Source: a bacterium
GTDB taxonomy: Bacteria; SAR324; XYD2-FULL-50-16; G965216635
NCBI GenBank assembly: GCA_965216635.1
Contig: OZ244188.1
Coordinates: 2,048,001-2,112,000 of the forward strand
DNA length: 64,000 bases
Direction: 5' to 3'
Of the stretch, positions 49,135 through 59,359 are shown piece after piece. The notes beneath the pieces were generated by a model, which had not been told where the DNA came from, ran no database searches, and saw nothing but the letters and a program-made list of their open reading frames with translations. A program made the position numbers and the translations under genes. Position 1 is the stretch's first letter, and each line of letters starts with the position of its first letter.

Positions 49135-51463
49135 ATTTTATTTGAAGATAACTTTTGAATCCAAAATTTTTGATGAAAAATAATTTCCCTCCCAATCCAA
49201 AATCACGGTAATGGTAGTAGATTTTCCTTAAAATCATTGTTTGATTAGTAATAGGATATTGTCTAAAAATATTCTTAAAAAATTCTTTGAATTTTTCACT
49301 ATTTTTTTTCAAAAGCTTATTCTGGAAAAAATATAGCAACAGAGTAAGACAATGGGGGATAAAGAAAATTTTTTCTATTCTAGCGTGATTGTAAAAATTT
49401 TTTATAGTTACGAGTTGATTTAAAAGGTTTAAAACTTTTTGAAATTTTTGAGTATCAAACTCTTCTTTTATAAAAAAAATTTTATCCAAAACTTTCACGG
49501 TTTCTGGAAATTTTTGATTGATCAAACACTTATCAATCCATTGCAGAAAAAAATGAATAGTTTCTAAATCTGCTTTTATATTGAATCTTAAAAGATGTTT
49601 TTGAATAATAACTCCAGCGTTATCTAGGATTTGTTTTTGATTGATTGTTGTAGTTTGATTGGAATCTTGACGATATTGATATAATATTTCTTTTAAATTG
49701 GAAAATTTCATAAAAGGAAAACAGTCTATAATGTATTGGTGATCTTCTCCTGTAGAGAGTTTGTAATGGCTATCAAAAAAAATATTGTACTGTTTTATTT
49801 TTTTCATTCTCATTAAAGAACTTCCAAACAAAAAATCATACCCAAATATAAAACTTGTTTTAATCTCAATATCTGATAGAGAATACTGGGAAGTGAAACT
49901 GGCAGCCTGATTGCCACTTCCTCCAAAAGCACTATACTGAGTGCCCACAGCGTCTATACTAGAGTTTTGTTTTAAATAATCCATTTGAATTTGCAACCTA
50001 TTTTCTAAACTAATATCATCTGCATCCATCCATGCTATAAATTCTGTTTTGGTGTTTTTTAGAAGACGATTGCGACATTTAGCCTGTTTTTGATTAGTTT
50101 TATTGACTAGAACTTTGATTCTTTCATCTTTTTTTGCATAAGCCTTTATAATCTCTAAACTATTATCCGTAGAGCCATCGTCTAAAATCAGAAATTCAAA
50201 CCCAGTGTAGGTTTGCTCTAAAATACTACCAATACTATCGTCTAAAAATTTCTCTGCGTTATAGACCGGCATTAAAACAGTTAAAAAAGGCTTGAAGTTA
50301 TCCAAGAGTCTAAATGTTTTAATGAAAAACAACTTTTTTTCTAATCCAGACTTTTTGTGATTTTCAAGAATTTGTTTTAAAGCAAACAGGTCATTTGTAA
50401 CAAGATATTTTTTGAAAATGTCTTCAAAAATTTTTATTTTATTCTTATTGTTTTTCAAAAATTTATTTTGATAAAAACACATTAGCAGAGTAAGGAAATG
50501 AGAGTTAAGGAAATTTTTTTCTATTCTAGCGTAATTGTAAAAGTTTTTTATAGTTGCGAGTTGATTTAAAAGGTTTAAAACTTTTTGAAATTTTTGAGTA
50601 TTAAATTCTTCTTTTATAAAAAAAATTTTATCCAAAACTTTCACGGTTTCTGGAAATTTTTGAGAAACCAATTCCTTATCAATCCATTGCAGAAAAAAAT
50701 GAATAGTTTCCGAATCTGCTTTTATATTGAATCTTAAAAGATGTTTTTGAATAATAGCTCCAGCATTATCTAGTATTTGTTTTTGATTGATTACGGTAAT
50801 TTGATGAGCATGCTGGCGATATTGATATAACACTTTGTTTAGATTGGAAAATTTCATAAAAGGAAAACAGTCTATAATGTATTGGTGATCTACTCCTGTA
50901 GAGAGTTTGTAATGGCTATCAAAAAAAAGATTGTATTGTTTTATTTTTTTCATTCTCATTAAAGAGCTAGGGAGAAAAAAATCATAACCAAATATAAAAT
51001 TAGTTTTAATTTCAATATCGGATAGAGAATACTGAGAAGTAAAATTTGTAGCTTGATTGCCACCACCACCAAAAGCGCTATATTGATTGCCCACAGCGTC
51101 TATACTAGGATTTTGTTTTAAATAATCCATTTGAGATTGCAACCTATTTTCTAAACTAATATCATCTGCATCCATCCATGCTATAAATTTTGTTTTGGTG
51201 TTTTTTAGAAGACGATTACGACATTTAGCTTCTCCCTGATTTTTTTGATTCACTAGAATTTTGATTCTTTTATCTTCTTTTGCATAAGCCTCTATAATCT
51301 CTAAACTATTATCCGTAGAGCCATCGTCTAGAATCAGAAATTCAAAATCAGTGTAGGTTTGCTCTAAAATACTACCAATACTATCGTCTAAAAATTTCTC
51401 TGTGTTATAGACTGGCATTAAAACCGTTAAAATAAATTTTGGTGATTTTTTCTCTGTTACCAT
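49124..51463 (-). CDS. Double-domain glycosyltransferase family 2 (A-A fusion)
   Basis: Two near-identical GT2 modules in one ORF. Confidence 0.92.
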   Translation of the reverse strand: MVTEKKSPKFILTVLMPVYNTEKFLDDSIGSILEQTYTDFEFLILDDGSTDNSLEIIEAYAKEDKRIKILVNQKNQGEAKCRNRLLKNTKTKFIAWMDADDISLENRLQSQMDYLKQNPSIDAVGNQYSAFGGGGNQATNFTSQYSLSDIEIKTNFIFGYDFFLPSSLMRMKKIKQYNLFFDSHYKLSTGVDHQYIIDCFPFMKFSNLNKVLYQYRQHAHQITVINQKQILDNAGAIIQKHLLRFNIKADSETIHFFLQWIDKELVSQKFPETVKVLDKIFFIKEEFNTQKFQKVLNLLNQLATIKNFYNYARIEKNFLNSHFLTLLMCFYQNKFLKNNKNKIKIFEDIFKKYLVTNDLFALKQILENHKKSGLEKKLFFIKTFRLLDNFKPFLTVLMPVYNAEKFLDDSIGSILEQTYTGFEFLILDDGSTDNSLEIIKAYAKKDERIKVLVNKTNQKQAKCRNRLLKNTKTEFIAWMDADDISLENRLQIQMDYLKQNSSIDAVGTQYSAFGGSGNQAASFTSQYSLSDIEIKTSFIFGYDFLFGSSLMRMKKIKQYNIFFDSHYKLSTGEDHQYIIDCFPFMKFSNLKEILYQYRQDSNQTTTINQKQILDNAGVIIQKHLLRFNIKADLETIHFFLQWIDKCLINQKFPETVKVLDKIFFIKEEFDTQKFQKVLNLLNQLVTIKNFYNHARIEKIFFIPHCLTLLLYFFQNKLLKKNSEKFKEFFKNIFRQYPITNQTMILRKIYYHYRDFGLGGKLFFIKNFGFKSYLQIKYGK

Positions 51464-52575
51464 GTTTTTATTTTTAAATAATTTTTTAGTCCGAAATTTC
51501 TAATAAAAAAGAATTTTCCTTTTAAGCCCTGCTTACGACAGACCATACTGTAATATTGCTTTAAAATATCATAATTATCCTTTTGCCCTGTAGACACAGA
51601 TTTTTTAGCTATCGCAAAAAAATTTGGACTAACACAAGCAATGTGTTTAATTTTAATTTTAGTTATTTTATTTTGCTTGTGGCGAATCTTTTCTTTTTTT
51701 TCAATAAAATCTGCAATCAAGGCTAATAGATTGTACTGGTTTAAACATTTATTTTTAGCCTCCAATATTTTATTTTGAGACATTTCAAAAGTGTTGTTTT
51801 TGATAATATTTTCTATAAGTGAAATAGTTTTATCTGTTTGTGTTAAATCTATTAGACTTAAGCTATTTTTATCAAAATAGCGATAAATATTGGAGCAACC
51901 GTAATAAATCGGATAACAAAAAGAAAGAAATGCATCGGATAGTTTTTCTGTCCAGTAATCTTTATGTGATGAATTTTCTAGCGCAATATGGTACTTATAA
52001 GGAGCCAAAGCATCCCATTTGTCCTCTATTTCCTTTATCCCTCTTCCAAAAACATCTATTTTATCACCAAAATATTGTTGTAGTTTTTGAAGGAAATCCA
52101 TTCTTTTTTGATATTCTGGTAGGAATGATTTTTTAGAGCAAATCACAGAAAGCAATTTTGTTTTTTTAGGTTGTTGCATCCTCACGAGCTCATCATAATC
52201 TTTACTAAAAGAGATATTTTTATGCTTGCGTTGTTGCCTACCTATATGCCAAGGCAATCCTTGTTGGTATAAAGTATTATTTTTGTGCTGGATATAATCG
52301 TGACAACTAATAATATTGGCAAACTGGTCTGTAAAAGATTTTTTGTATTGCAGTATATGAGGCGGTTCATTTGAAATCAGCAAGGTATTTTCTCTAGCAC
52401 AAACCGCTGTTTCTGTTTTTAATAGTTGTCCATAGACCACCCAATAATCGCACTCCTTGATATTTTTGTTGATATAAAACTTACAGTTTCCCCATTCACT
52501 AGAGTTATTGGGAGTCTGGCGTTCAACAGGTAAAAATTTCCATTCAAAATTTAATTTTACTATTATTTTTTTCAT
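51457..52575 (-). CDS. Glycosyltransferase family 10 (alpha-1,3-fucosyltransferase-like)
   Basis: YKYHIALENS..DYWTEKL..A...PIYYG motif; start taken at ATG 52575. Confidence 0.85.
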   Translation of the reverse strand: MKKIIVKLNFEWKFLPVERQTPNNSSEWGNCKFYINKNIKECDYWVVYGQLLKTETAVCARENTLLISNEPPHILQYKKSFTDQFANIISCHDYIQHKNNTLYQQGLPWHIGRQQRKHKNISFSKDYDELVRMQQPKKTKLLSVICSKKSFLPEYQKRMDFLQKLQQYFGDKIDVFGRGIKEIEDKWDALAPYKYHIALENSSHKDYWTEKLSDAFLSFCYPIYYGCSNIYRYFDKNSLSLIDLTQTDKTISLIENIIKNNTFEMSQNKILEAKNKCLNQYNLLALIADFIEKKEKIRHKQNKITKIKIKHIACVSPNFFAIAKKSVSTGQKDNYDILKQYYSMVCRKQGLKGKFFFIRNFGLKNYLKIKTW

Positions 52576-52757
52576 AAACCATTTCCTTGATAAAGACTGT
52601 TGAAAGTAGAACAATAGCAGATATTCTAGTTCGGCTAAGCTACGTCAATTTTTTTTTACCTTGTATAGTTTTCCTATAATACTAAAGTTCAACATTCTCT
52701 AATATCTATTACACTATTAAATCAAAAAATGAAAATGATTTTTTTAACAAAACACCA

Positions 52758-53450
52758 ATGAATCAAATAAAATTATCCGTGGGAGAAAGCCTACCTGAGT
52801 GGAAAGAAAAACTACCCCCTCCAAAAACAAAAATGATGGGGAACTATTGTTGCCTTTATCCCTTAGATCTAAAAAAGCATAGCTACTCTTTATTTGAATC
52901 TTTCTGTAGAGACAAAAAAAATCTCAACTGGACCTATTTGCCTTATGGGCCCTTTGAAAATCACAAAGATTTTAAAAAATGGCTTGTAGGCTCGTGTTTA
53001 GGAGAAGATCCTCTTTTTTTCGTTGTAGTCAAAAAAGATATAGTAGTAGGATTGGCGAGTTATTTAAGAATAAAACCAGAGGTAGGAGTCATAGAAATAG
53101 GACATATTCATTTTTCTCCTATTCTCCAAAAAACCCGCGCCTCTGTGGAGGCTATCTACTTAATGATGAAAAGAGTATTTGACGAAATGGGTTATAGACG
53201 ATTTGAATGGAAATGCGATTTTTTAAATAAACGATCTTGCGAAGCTGCCAAAAAGTTTGGTTTTCAATTTGAAGGAGTTTTTAGGCAACTAACTATTTAT
53301 AAAGGACGCAATAGAGATACCGCTTGGTTTTCTGTCTTAGACAAAGACTGGAGAAAAATAAAACAAAATTATGAAAAATGGCTTTGTGCTGAAAATTTTG
53401 ATGAAAAGAACGAACCAATTCTATCTCTGCGTTCTTTAATGATGAGCTAA
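52758..53450 (+). CDS. GNAT acetyltransferase (RimJ/RimL-like)
   Basis: IEIGHI, GYRRFEWKC, FEGVFRQ and GRNRDTAWFS motifs. Confidence 0.9.
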   Translation: MNQIKLSVGESLPEWKEKLPPPKTKMMGNYCCLYPLDLKKHSYSLFESFCRDKKNLNWTYLPYGPFENHKDFKKWLVGSCLGEDPLFFVVVKKDIVVGLASYLRIKPEVGVIEIGHIHFSPILQKTRASVEAIYLMMKRVFDEMGYRRFEWKCDFLNKRSCEAAKKFGFQFEGVFRQLTIYKGRNRDTAWFSVLDKDWRKIKQNYEKWLCAENFDEKNEPILSLRSLMMS

Positions 53451-53454
53451 AAAG

Positions 53455-54078
53455 CTAGATCTGTTTTTGAAACTCGTCCCAACTTGCCACACGGGTACAA
53501 CCTATGGGTAACTTTTCTTTTTGGTTGTAGGGTTTGGTAAGCAAAAAAACTCTTGCTTGAGATACTGACTCCAAAACCTCGTTACAGTTCATCATCAAAT
53601 CATCTAAAAAAATAATTTCTGAGTTTTTTTCCATCTTTTGCAAAATAATCTCGGATTTCAAAGGGTAGTTAGGATCACCATATTTATCAAAGCCTGCAAA
53701 TGAAATACCTTGATAAGAAAAACCCCGATATTTCAGATTTTTTTCTCTGGCAAATTTTCTTTTTTCAGAAAGGTTGGTGATCAAATAGACGGGATATTTT
53801 TGAGCAATTTGATTATAGGAATAAGTATCTACAAGAGCATTTAAAGTAGAAAAATAATCACTAACAAAAAAATCTTCCATCACACCGCCACGCTGCAGTA
53901 ATTTTTCTAGTTCCAGTTGTCCAGCCTCTTTCTTTCCTTGGCTCAAAACAAAGTTGGTATGATAATTTTCTACTGCACCGTCTAATTCTATGGAGTATTT
54001 GTCTTTTAGATAAAGAGAAAAGTTAGTATGGAAATCCAGTAAAACTCCGTCTACATCTAAAAATATTTGTTTCTTCAT
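53455..54078 (-). CDS. HAD-superfamily hydrolase
   Basis: FLDVDGVL and FLDD motifs. Confidence 0.7.
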   Translation of the reverse strand: MKKQIFLDVDGVLLDFHTNFSLYLKDKYSIELDGAVENYHTNFVLSQGKKEAGQLELEKLLQRGGVMEDFFVSDYFSTLNALVDTYSYNQIAQKYPVYLITNLSEKRKFAREKNLKYRGFSYQGISFAGFDKYGDPNYPLKSEIILQKMEKNSEIIFLDDLMMNCNEVLESVSQARVFLLTKPYNQKEKLPIGCTRVASWDEFQKQI

Positions 54079-54129
54079 TATTTATAAGCTGTATAGGAAG
54101 ATTATTTTAATAACAGCCAAACTAGAATG

Positions 54130-54771
54130 TTAATTCAAAGGTCTTTCTATATTTTTGTGTTGTATTTTTTGGCGAATAAACCAATAAAACCTCGCTATTT
54201 CTGCGAGAACTAAGGGTGAAAAGTAAATAATAGCTCTTTGATAGTTACCCTTATCTTTAGCGGTAATATGAAAAAAAAGGAGAATAATCACGAGGTAGAC
54301 GAGCCTATGAAGTTTTTTCCAGTTTTTCTTTCTCATTTTTTTTATAACCCAATCAAAACTGGTTAGAGCTAATAAAAATAAAATACTAAGAGCGACAGCT
54401 CCAATAATAACAAAATTTCTCTGAAAACCAGAGAAAAAATTCTCTACAGAGCCAGTGTCTATAAAATAAACGCTAAAATGCAGTAATGCATAAAAAAAGC
54501 TGCTTACTCCAAAAATTCTTTTGTGAATATTAAAAACTCTTATTGGAATTTTAGCAGGTAAAAAAATTTGTAAAGGAGAAATCCAAAGAGTGATTAAAAG
54601 CAAACAAACTGCAACATTTCCAAAGTAAAACAAAATAGTTTCTAACGGGTTGGCTAGGTTAATACCACTTGTTAGGATATTATAGGCTAGATAAAAAATA
54701 GGGAGTAAAACTCCAACGCGAAAAATCCATTTTTGTTTGAGTAATTTTAGCATTATTTTTTGTTTGTACAT
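54130..54771 (-). CDS. msrQ: MsrQ/YedZ-like heme-binding membrane protein
   Basis: FFYALLH, LALTS and WKKLHRLVY motifs. Confidence 0.8.
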   Translation of the reverse strand: MYKQKIMLKLLKQKWIFRVGVLLPIFYLAYNILTSGINLANPLETILFYFGNVAVCLLLITLWISPLQIFLPAKIPIRVFNIHKRIFGVSSFFYALLHFSVYFIDTGSVENFFSGFQRNFVIIGAVALSILFLLALTSFDWVIKKMRKKNWKKLHRLVYLVIILLFFHITAKDKGNYQRAIIYFSPLVLAEIARFYWFIRQKIQHKNIERPLN

Positions 54772-56192
54772 TTGTCTTTAAAAAAATCCACCAAACTAGC
54801 AACCGTAGAGTGATTTTTCCCCCACAAAATCCACTCCTCGCCTATAGCAAGGTTACTTTCCAAGTGAAAAGAAATAGAAATCACCAAAGTTTGCTTTGCT
54901 AGTTTAAGAATTGCCTTCAATGGTTCTAGTAATTCTTGGGCGAGCTGTTTATCCAGTATAAAAACAATACTGCGTCCTTTAACCAATTCTTTTAACTGCT
55001 GAAAATGATTTTTCTCTAGTATTTTTTGCAAATTCAAACTTTGTTGGCTAAAAAATTGCGGTTGTTTTTGCAGAGCTTTAGAAATACTTTTTTCATTTTC
55101 TTCTTTTTCCGTAGTGAGAATAACAAAGGAATCTATCATCGCAATCTGTTTAAATATTCTTCTATCAATAAAATTACGATTGATTTGAATTACTTCCTTT
55201 GAATCTGGAAGAGGCGTGTCCTTCACTTTTCCCTCCAACAATTTTTTTTGCCAAGCCACAATTTTTTTTTGCCGAATACCTGCTATTTCTTCGTTTTCTT
55301 GGAAATAACCTTTTATACCATCCACCAAGCCTTTATGAAAAGCCATTTCTTTTTTGAACTGATAGCAGCTAATGAGTATATCGTGTCCCGCTCCGAGTGT
55401 TTTTTTTGCAATCATTTCTGGTGACATTCTTTGGCTAATGCCTCTCATTTCCAAACAATCGCTAAAAATCAACCCCCTAAACCCCAATTTATCTTTCAAA
55501 TAATTTTGGATAATTTTTGCAGAAAAAGTAGCTAAATTCTCTTCGTCTAATTCTGGATAAAACACATGACTGCTCATCACTCCTTGTTGTTCTTGAATGA
55601 GAAGATCTTGATAACAGCTAATACTCAATTCTAAATCATCCGTATTTCCTTCAAAACAAGATTTTTCTTTGTGGGGGTCTTGAACGACTTTATAGAGTCC
55701 GGGAAAATGTTTACCAACACAATAAATTCCCAATTCTCTGTGCTGTTCTACAAAAATTCTGTTGTATTCGTTAATGAGTTGGCTGTCAGGAAAAAAACCT
55801 CTATTTTGGATAGCAGGCGAAACAGGGAAGCCTTCAAAATCCAAAACGGGAGCTAGATTGATATGAAATCCAAAATAATTTAAAGTCTCTGCAATAGACT
55901 GCACAGCTTGTTTTATATGCTGCCAATGAAAAGTTTTCCCCATACTTTTTGCAGAGGCTATCACTGGAATATCTTCAGAAAAGCGAATTACTACTCCGCC
56001 TTCATAGTCTATAATTAGAAGTATTTCTGGATCAAAATTTTTAATCTGGCAAATAAGTTCTTTTAGCTGATTCTTGTTTTTAATATTTTTTTGAAACAGA
56101 ATAGTACCTATAGGTTTGATTGCTTTCCAAAAAACAATTGTTTCTTTCGGCAAGGAGTATCCATCAAATCCAAGAATCAAAGGCAAATACAT
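54753..56192 (-). CDS. nagZ: Beta-N-acetylhexosaminidase (GH3, NagZ-like)
   Basis: IDYEGG, NLAPVLD, KHFPG, DPH and FSDCLEM motifs; divergent from anmK. Confidence 0.85.
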   Translation of the reverse strand: MYLPLILGFDGYSLPKETIVFWKAIKPIGTILFQKNIKNKNQLKELICQIKNFDPEILLIIDYEGGVVIRFSEDIPVIASAKSMGKTFHWQHIKQAVQSIAETLNYFGFHINLAPVLDFEGFPVSPAIQNRGFFPDSQLINEYNRIFVEQHRELGIYCVGKHFPGLYKVVQDPHKEKSCFEGNTDDLELSISCYQDLLIQEQQGVMSSHVFYPELDEENLATFSAKIIQNYLKDKLGFRGLIFSDCLEMRGISQRMSPEMIAKKTLGAGHDILISCYQFKKEMAFHKGLVDGIKGYFQENEEIAGIRQKKIVAWQKKLLEGKVKDTPLPDSKEVIQINRNFIDRRIFKQIAMIDSFVILTTEKEENEKSISKALQKQPQFFSQQSLNLQKILEKNHFQQLKELVKGRSIVFILDKQLAQELLEPLKAILKLAKQTLVISISFHLESNLAIGEEWILWGKNHSTVASLVDFFKDKCTNKK

Positions 56193-56200
56193 AAATAAAA

Positions 56201-57340
56201 ATGAGAAAAATTAGTGATTGTTACAAATTGGAGAAAAAAAGAATTTTAGGGTTAATGTCTGGCACTTCACTAGACGGTTTAGATTTAGCAGATGTTTCTT
56301 TTCAAAGCAAGAATAAAATCACAAAAATTATTTTTCATTCTTATCAATTTTTTCCTTATGACAAAAAACAAAGAAACCAAATACTCCAAGCCATGCAAGG
56401 TAGCTCCAAGCAACTTTGTCAAATCCACTACGAGCTCGGTAAATTCTTTGCAAAATGCGTTTTAAAATACCTCAAAAAAAAATCTCTAGCCGCAAACAGC
56501 TTTTCTTTGATTGCAAGCCACGGACAAACATTTTACCACTGTAAAAATATAGGCAGCCTACAGCTAGGAGAAGCCGATATTTTAGCACACGAGACGCAAA
56601 TCCCAGTTGTCTTTGATTTTCGCCCAGCAGACATTGCCAGCGGTGGAGACGGCGCCCCTTTGGCACCCTACTTTGACCAGTATCTACAAAGCCAATTAAA
56701 ATTTCCAGCATTGTTTTTAAACCTAGGTGGTATAGCCAACTTTTCTATTATTTTAGGGAAAAAAATGATTTTTAGCGATACTGGTCCTGCAAATATACTC
56801 CTCAATCTCGCCTTAGAGCGGTATAGCGGTGGAAAAATAAGCTACGACAAGAATGGAAAATTTGCTAAAAAAGGGAAAGTGATTCCTATTTTATTTAAAG
56901 AGCTATTAAAACATCCTTATCTAAAACTTCCTATTCCAAAAACCACAGGACACGAGACATTCGGAATGGATTTTATAGCACAGATTTTTAAAAACCATCC
57001 AAAAATACTCATAGAAGATATGCTTAAAACTTTAAGTATCTTTAGTGCTAAAACGGTAAGCGATGCTTGTAAAAAATACCTTTGTTTTAAAGATAGCACT
57101 GTAATTGTTAGCGGAGGAGGAGCTGAAAATCCCGTTTTAATGCAGCAGTTAAAAGAAAATTTTGCTCCCTACAGGGTAAAAAATTTTGAGGATTTTTTTG
57201 GATTCAGTGGTGAAGCTAAAGAATCGGTTGCTTTCGCTTATTTTGCTTATGAAAAATTCCATTCTTCCCGTTGGTCTCCTTTAGCTAAAAAAAGTTTTGG
57301 TAAATTAGCTTTTCCTTTTTGCCCGATTTTTACCACTTGA
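56201..57340 (+). CDS. anmK: Anhydro-N-acetylmuramic acid kinase
   Basis: GLMSGTSLDGLD, SHGQT, GGDGAPL, NLGGIAN and DTGPAN motifs. Confidence 0.93.
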   Translation: MRKISDCYKLEKKRILGLMSGTSLDGLDLADVSFQSKNKITKIIFHSYQFFPYDKKQRNQILQAMQGSSKQLCQIHYELGKFFAKCVLKYLKKKSLAANSFSLIASHGQTFYHCKNIGSLQLGEADILAHETQIPVVFDFRPADIASGGDGAPLAPYFDQYLQSQLKFPALFLNLGGIANFSIILGKKMIFSDTGPANILLNLALERYSGGKISYDKNGKFAKKGKVIPILFKELLKHPYLKLPIPKTTGHETFGMDFIAQIFKNHPKILIEDMLKTLSIFSAKTVSDACKKYLCFKDSTVIVSGGGAENPVLMQQLKENFAPYRVKNFEDFFGFSGEAKESVAFAYFAYEKFHSSRWSPLAKKSFGKLAFPFCPIFTT

Positions 57341-57366
57341 AACTACTAGCAAAAATAAAATACTAT

Positions 57367-57536
57367 GAGACTGTTGAATTTGCATTATAGGAAAGCTAGA
57401 CAAGGCGCGAAAATTTTTTACCCAAGAGGAATACTTCAGTATTCCTACGAGCTAAAAATTTTTTTCGCACCTGTTCTAACCATTTGGCTAGCCGTCACAG
57501 CTGGTTTTGTCCTATTTGGCAAATTCAAAGGTCTAT
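57367..57536. mobile_element. Palindromic MITE copy (left half like 34808, right half like ~11180)
   Basis: GAGACTGTTGAATTTGC ... GCAAATTCAAAGGTCTA. Confidence 0.8.
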
Positions 57537-57549
57537 ACTATATTATAAA

Positions 57550-58230
57550 ATGATACAAGTAACTATTATAATTTTTGCTGTTTTATTGGCTCTTTTACCA
57601 CAATTTTGGGTAAAAAAAGTTTTTGCAAAATACCAAAAAGATACCAGTGATATTCAAGGCACTGGAGGTGAATTAGCAATCCATTTATTGAAAAAATTGG
57701 CAATCAAAAATATTAAAATAGTAGAGGGAGCTTTGCCAGATTCTTACGATCCACAGACAAAAAAATTGCACTTAAATTCTAAAACTTACAAAGGTAAATC
57801 TCTTTGTGCTATCACTATTGTTGCTCACGAAATAGGGCATGTTATTCAAGATTGCTCTAATAGTATGCTGCTAAAAACAAGGATTTTTTTTGTGAAATTG
57901 GTACGAAATATTTCCATTGTAGGCAGCACACTTTTAATTTTATCCCCCTTGCTGTTCGCTTTCAGACCAGGTATAGGCTTGATGGCTCTTTTTTTTTATC
58001 TAGGCACTGCCCTACTGAGTGTTTTGGTGCACCTACTCACTCTGCCTTTAGAGTGGGACGCGAGTTTTTCTAAAGCCCTACCCTTACTTATCAGCGGCAA
58101 ATATATCACCAAAAAGCAACTCCCCGCAGCAAGAGAAATTCTCACAGCGGCTGTTTTTACCTATCTAGCTGCCGCTTTAAACAATATCCTTTTTGTGACA
58201 TTTCACTGGAAAAGGCTTTTGCGCCGATGA
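57550..58230 (+). CDS. Membrane zinc metallopeptidase (YugP-like)
   Basis: YDP, AHEIGH, TLPLEWDAS and AAVFTY motifs; start taken at ATG 57550. Confidence 0.85.
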   Translation: MIQVTIIIFAVLLALLPQFWVKKVFAKYQKDTSDIQGTGGELAIHLLKKLAIKNIKIVEGALPDSYDPQTKKLHLNSKTYKGKSLCAITIVAHEIGHVIQDCSNSMLLKTRIFFVKLVRNISIVGSTLLILSPLLFAFRPGIGLMALFFYLGTALLSVLVHLLTLPLEWDASFSKALPLLISGKYITKKQLPAAREILTAAVFTYLAAALNNILFVTFHWKRLLRR

Positions 58231-58360
58231 ATAATCAGAGATGAATAATCAAAATTTAAACTAGACCTTTGAATTTGCCAAATAGAACAAAACTAGCTGC
58301 GACGGCTAGGCTAGGCAAATTTTTTTTAAGAAAAAACACCAAAATTTAGCTGATTCATAA

Positions 58361-59263
58361 ATGAAAAACTTTATCTACAACCTAAACAATAATCTTCTCT
58401 TATTTGCAACTGCAATAGTTTGGGGTTCTACCTTTCTTTTCCAAAAAACAGCTATGGAAGAGCTGGGTCCTTATTATTTTACAGGGTTTCGCTTTTTATT
58501 AGGTACTTTCGTCCTTTTTCCATTTTTTTATAAAGGTTTTTCCAAATTAGAAAAAAAAGACAAATTCAAAACTATTCAATACGGGAGTATAGCAGGAGTC
58601 ATTTTATTTGGAGGAACCATCCTACAACAAATAGGTTTGGTTGTAGCCACTGTGAATAAAGCCTCTTTTATAACCACACTTTATATCTGTCTAGTTCCTC
58701 TCATGAATTTATTTTTCAAAAAAAAAGTATCTTTAATACAATGGACTGGGATTTTTTTGGCGGTATTAGGTTTTTATTTTTTGACGATTCAAGATAAATT
58801 TATTCTCGCAGCAGAAGATACTATTTTACTGTTTGGTGCTTTGATGTGGGCTTTCCATATTCTCTGGATTGATTATGCTATTAAAAGAAAATCTTACCTT
58901 TTTCAAATTGCTTTTTTCCAAGTTTTTCTGGTTTGTATTTTGAGTTTTATTCTGGCTTTTTTTTTAGAAACATTTCATTGGCAATCTGTAAAAAATGTAT
59001 CTATAGAAATTTTTTATGCGGGAGCTTTTTCAGTGGCAATTGCTTTTACTTTACAAATTAAGGCTCAACAAAGAAATCATCCCACGTATGCTTCCCTAGT
59101 TTTTTCTACAGAAGCTGTTTTTGCCACTTTTTTTAGTTGGGTGTTTTTAAGCGAAATTCTGACACCGAGACATATTTTGGGTTCAACAATTATTTTTTCA
59201 GGGATTATGATTTGTCAATTACGGTGGAAAGTTATTATGAGTTTTTGGAAAAAAACTAAATAA
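58361..59263 (+). CDS. DMT/EamA family transporter
   Basis: IVWGSTF, multiple TM helices, ASFITTLY and FSTEAVFA. Confidence 0.9.
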   Translation: MKNFIYNLNNNLLLFATAIVWGSTFLFQKTAMEELGPYYFTGFRFLLGTFVLFPFFYKGFSKLEKKDKFKTIQYGSIAGVILFGGTILQQIGLVVATVNKASFITTLYICLVPLMNLFFKKKVSLIQWTGIFLAVLGFYFLTIQDKFILAAEDTILLFGALMWAFHILWIDYAIKRKSYLFQIAFFQVFLVCILSFILAFFLETFHWQSVKNVSIEIFYAGAFSVAIAFTLQIKAQQRNHPTYASLVFSTEAVFATFFSWVFLSEILTPRHILGSTIIFSGIMICQLRWKVIMSFWKKTK

Positions 59264-59359
59264 GAGTTTTATCAAAGATAGGAGAAAGGTTGTTTTTTTA
59301 TTTAGTTTTTTGTGATTTTTTTTTTTATTTTCACCTTTTTGTCAATCTTTTTGTTTTTT

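Noticed and set aside
57484..57549. N-terminal extension of the zinc peptidase
   Set aside because: Derived from MITE sequence; ATG at 57550 is preferred.
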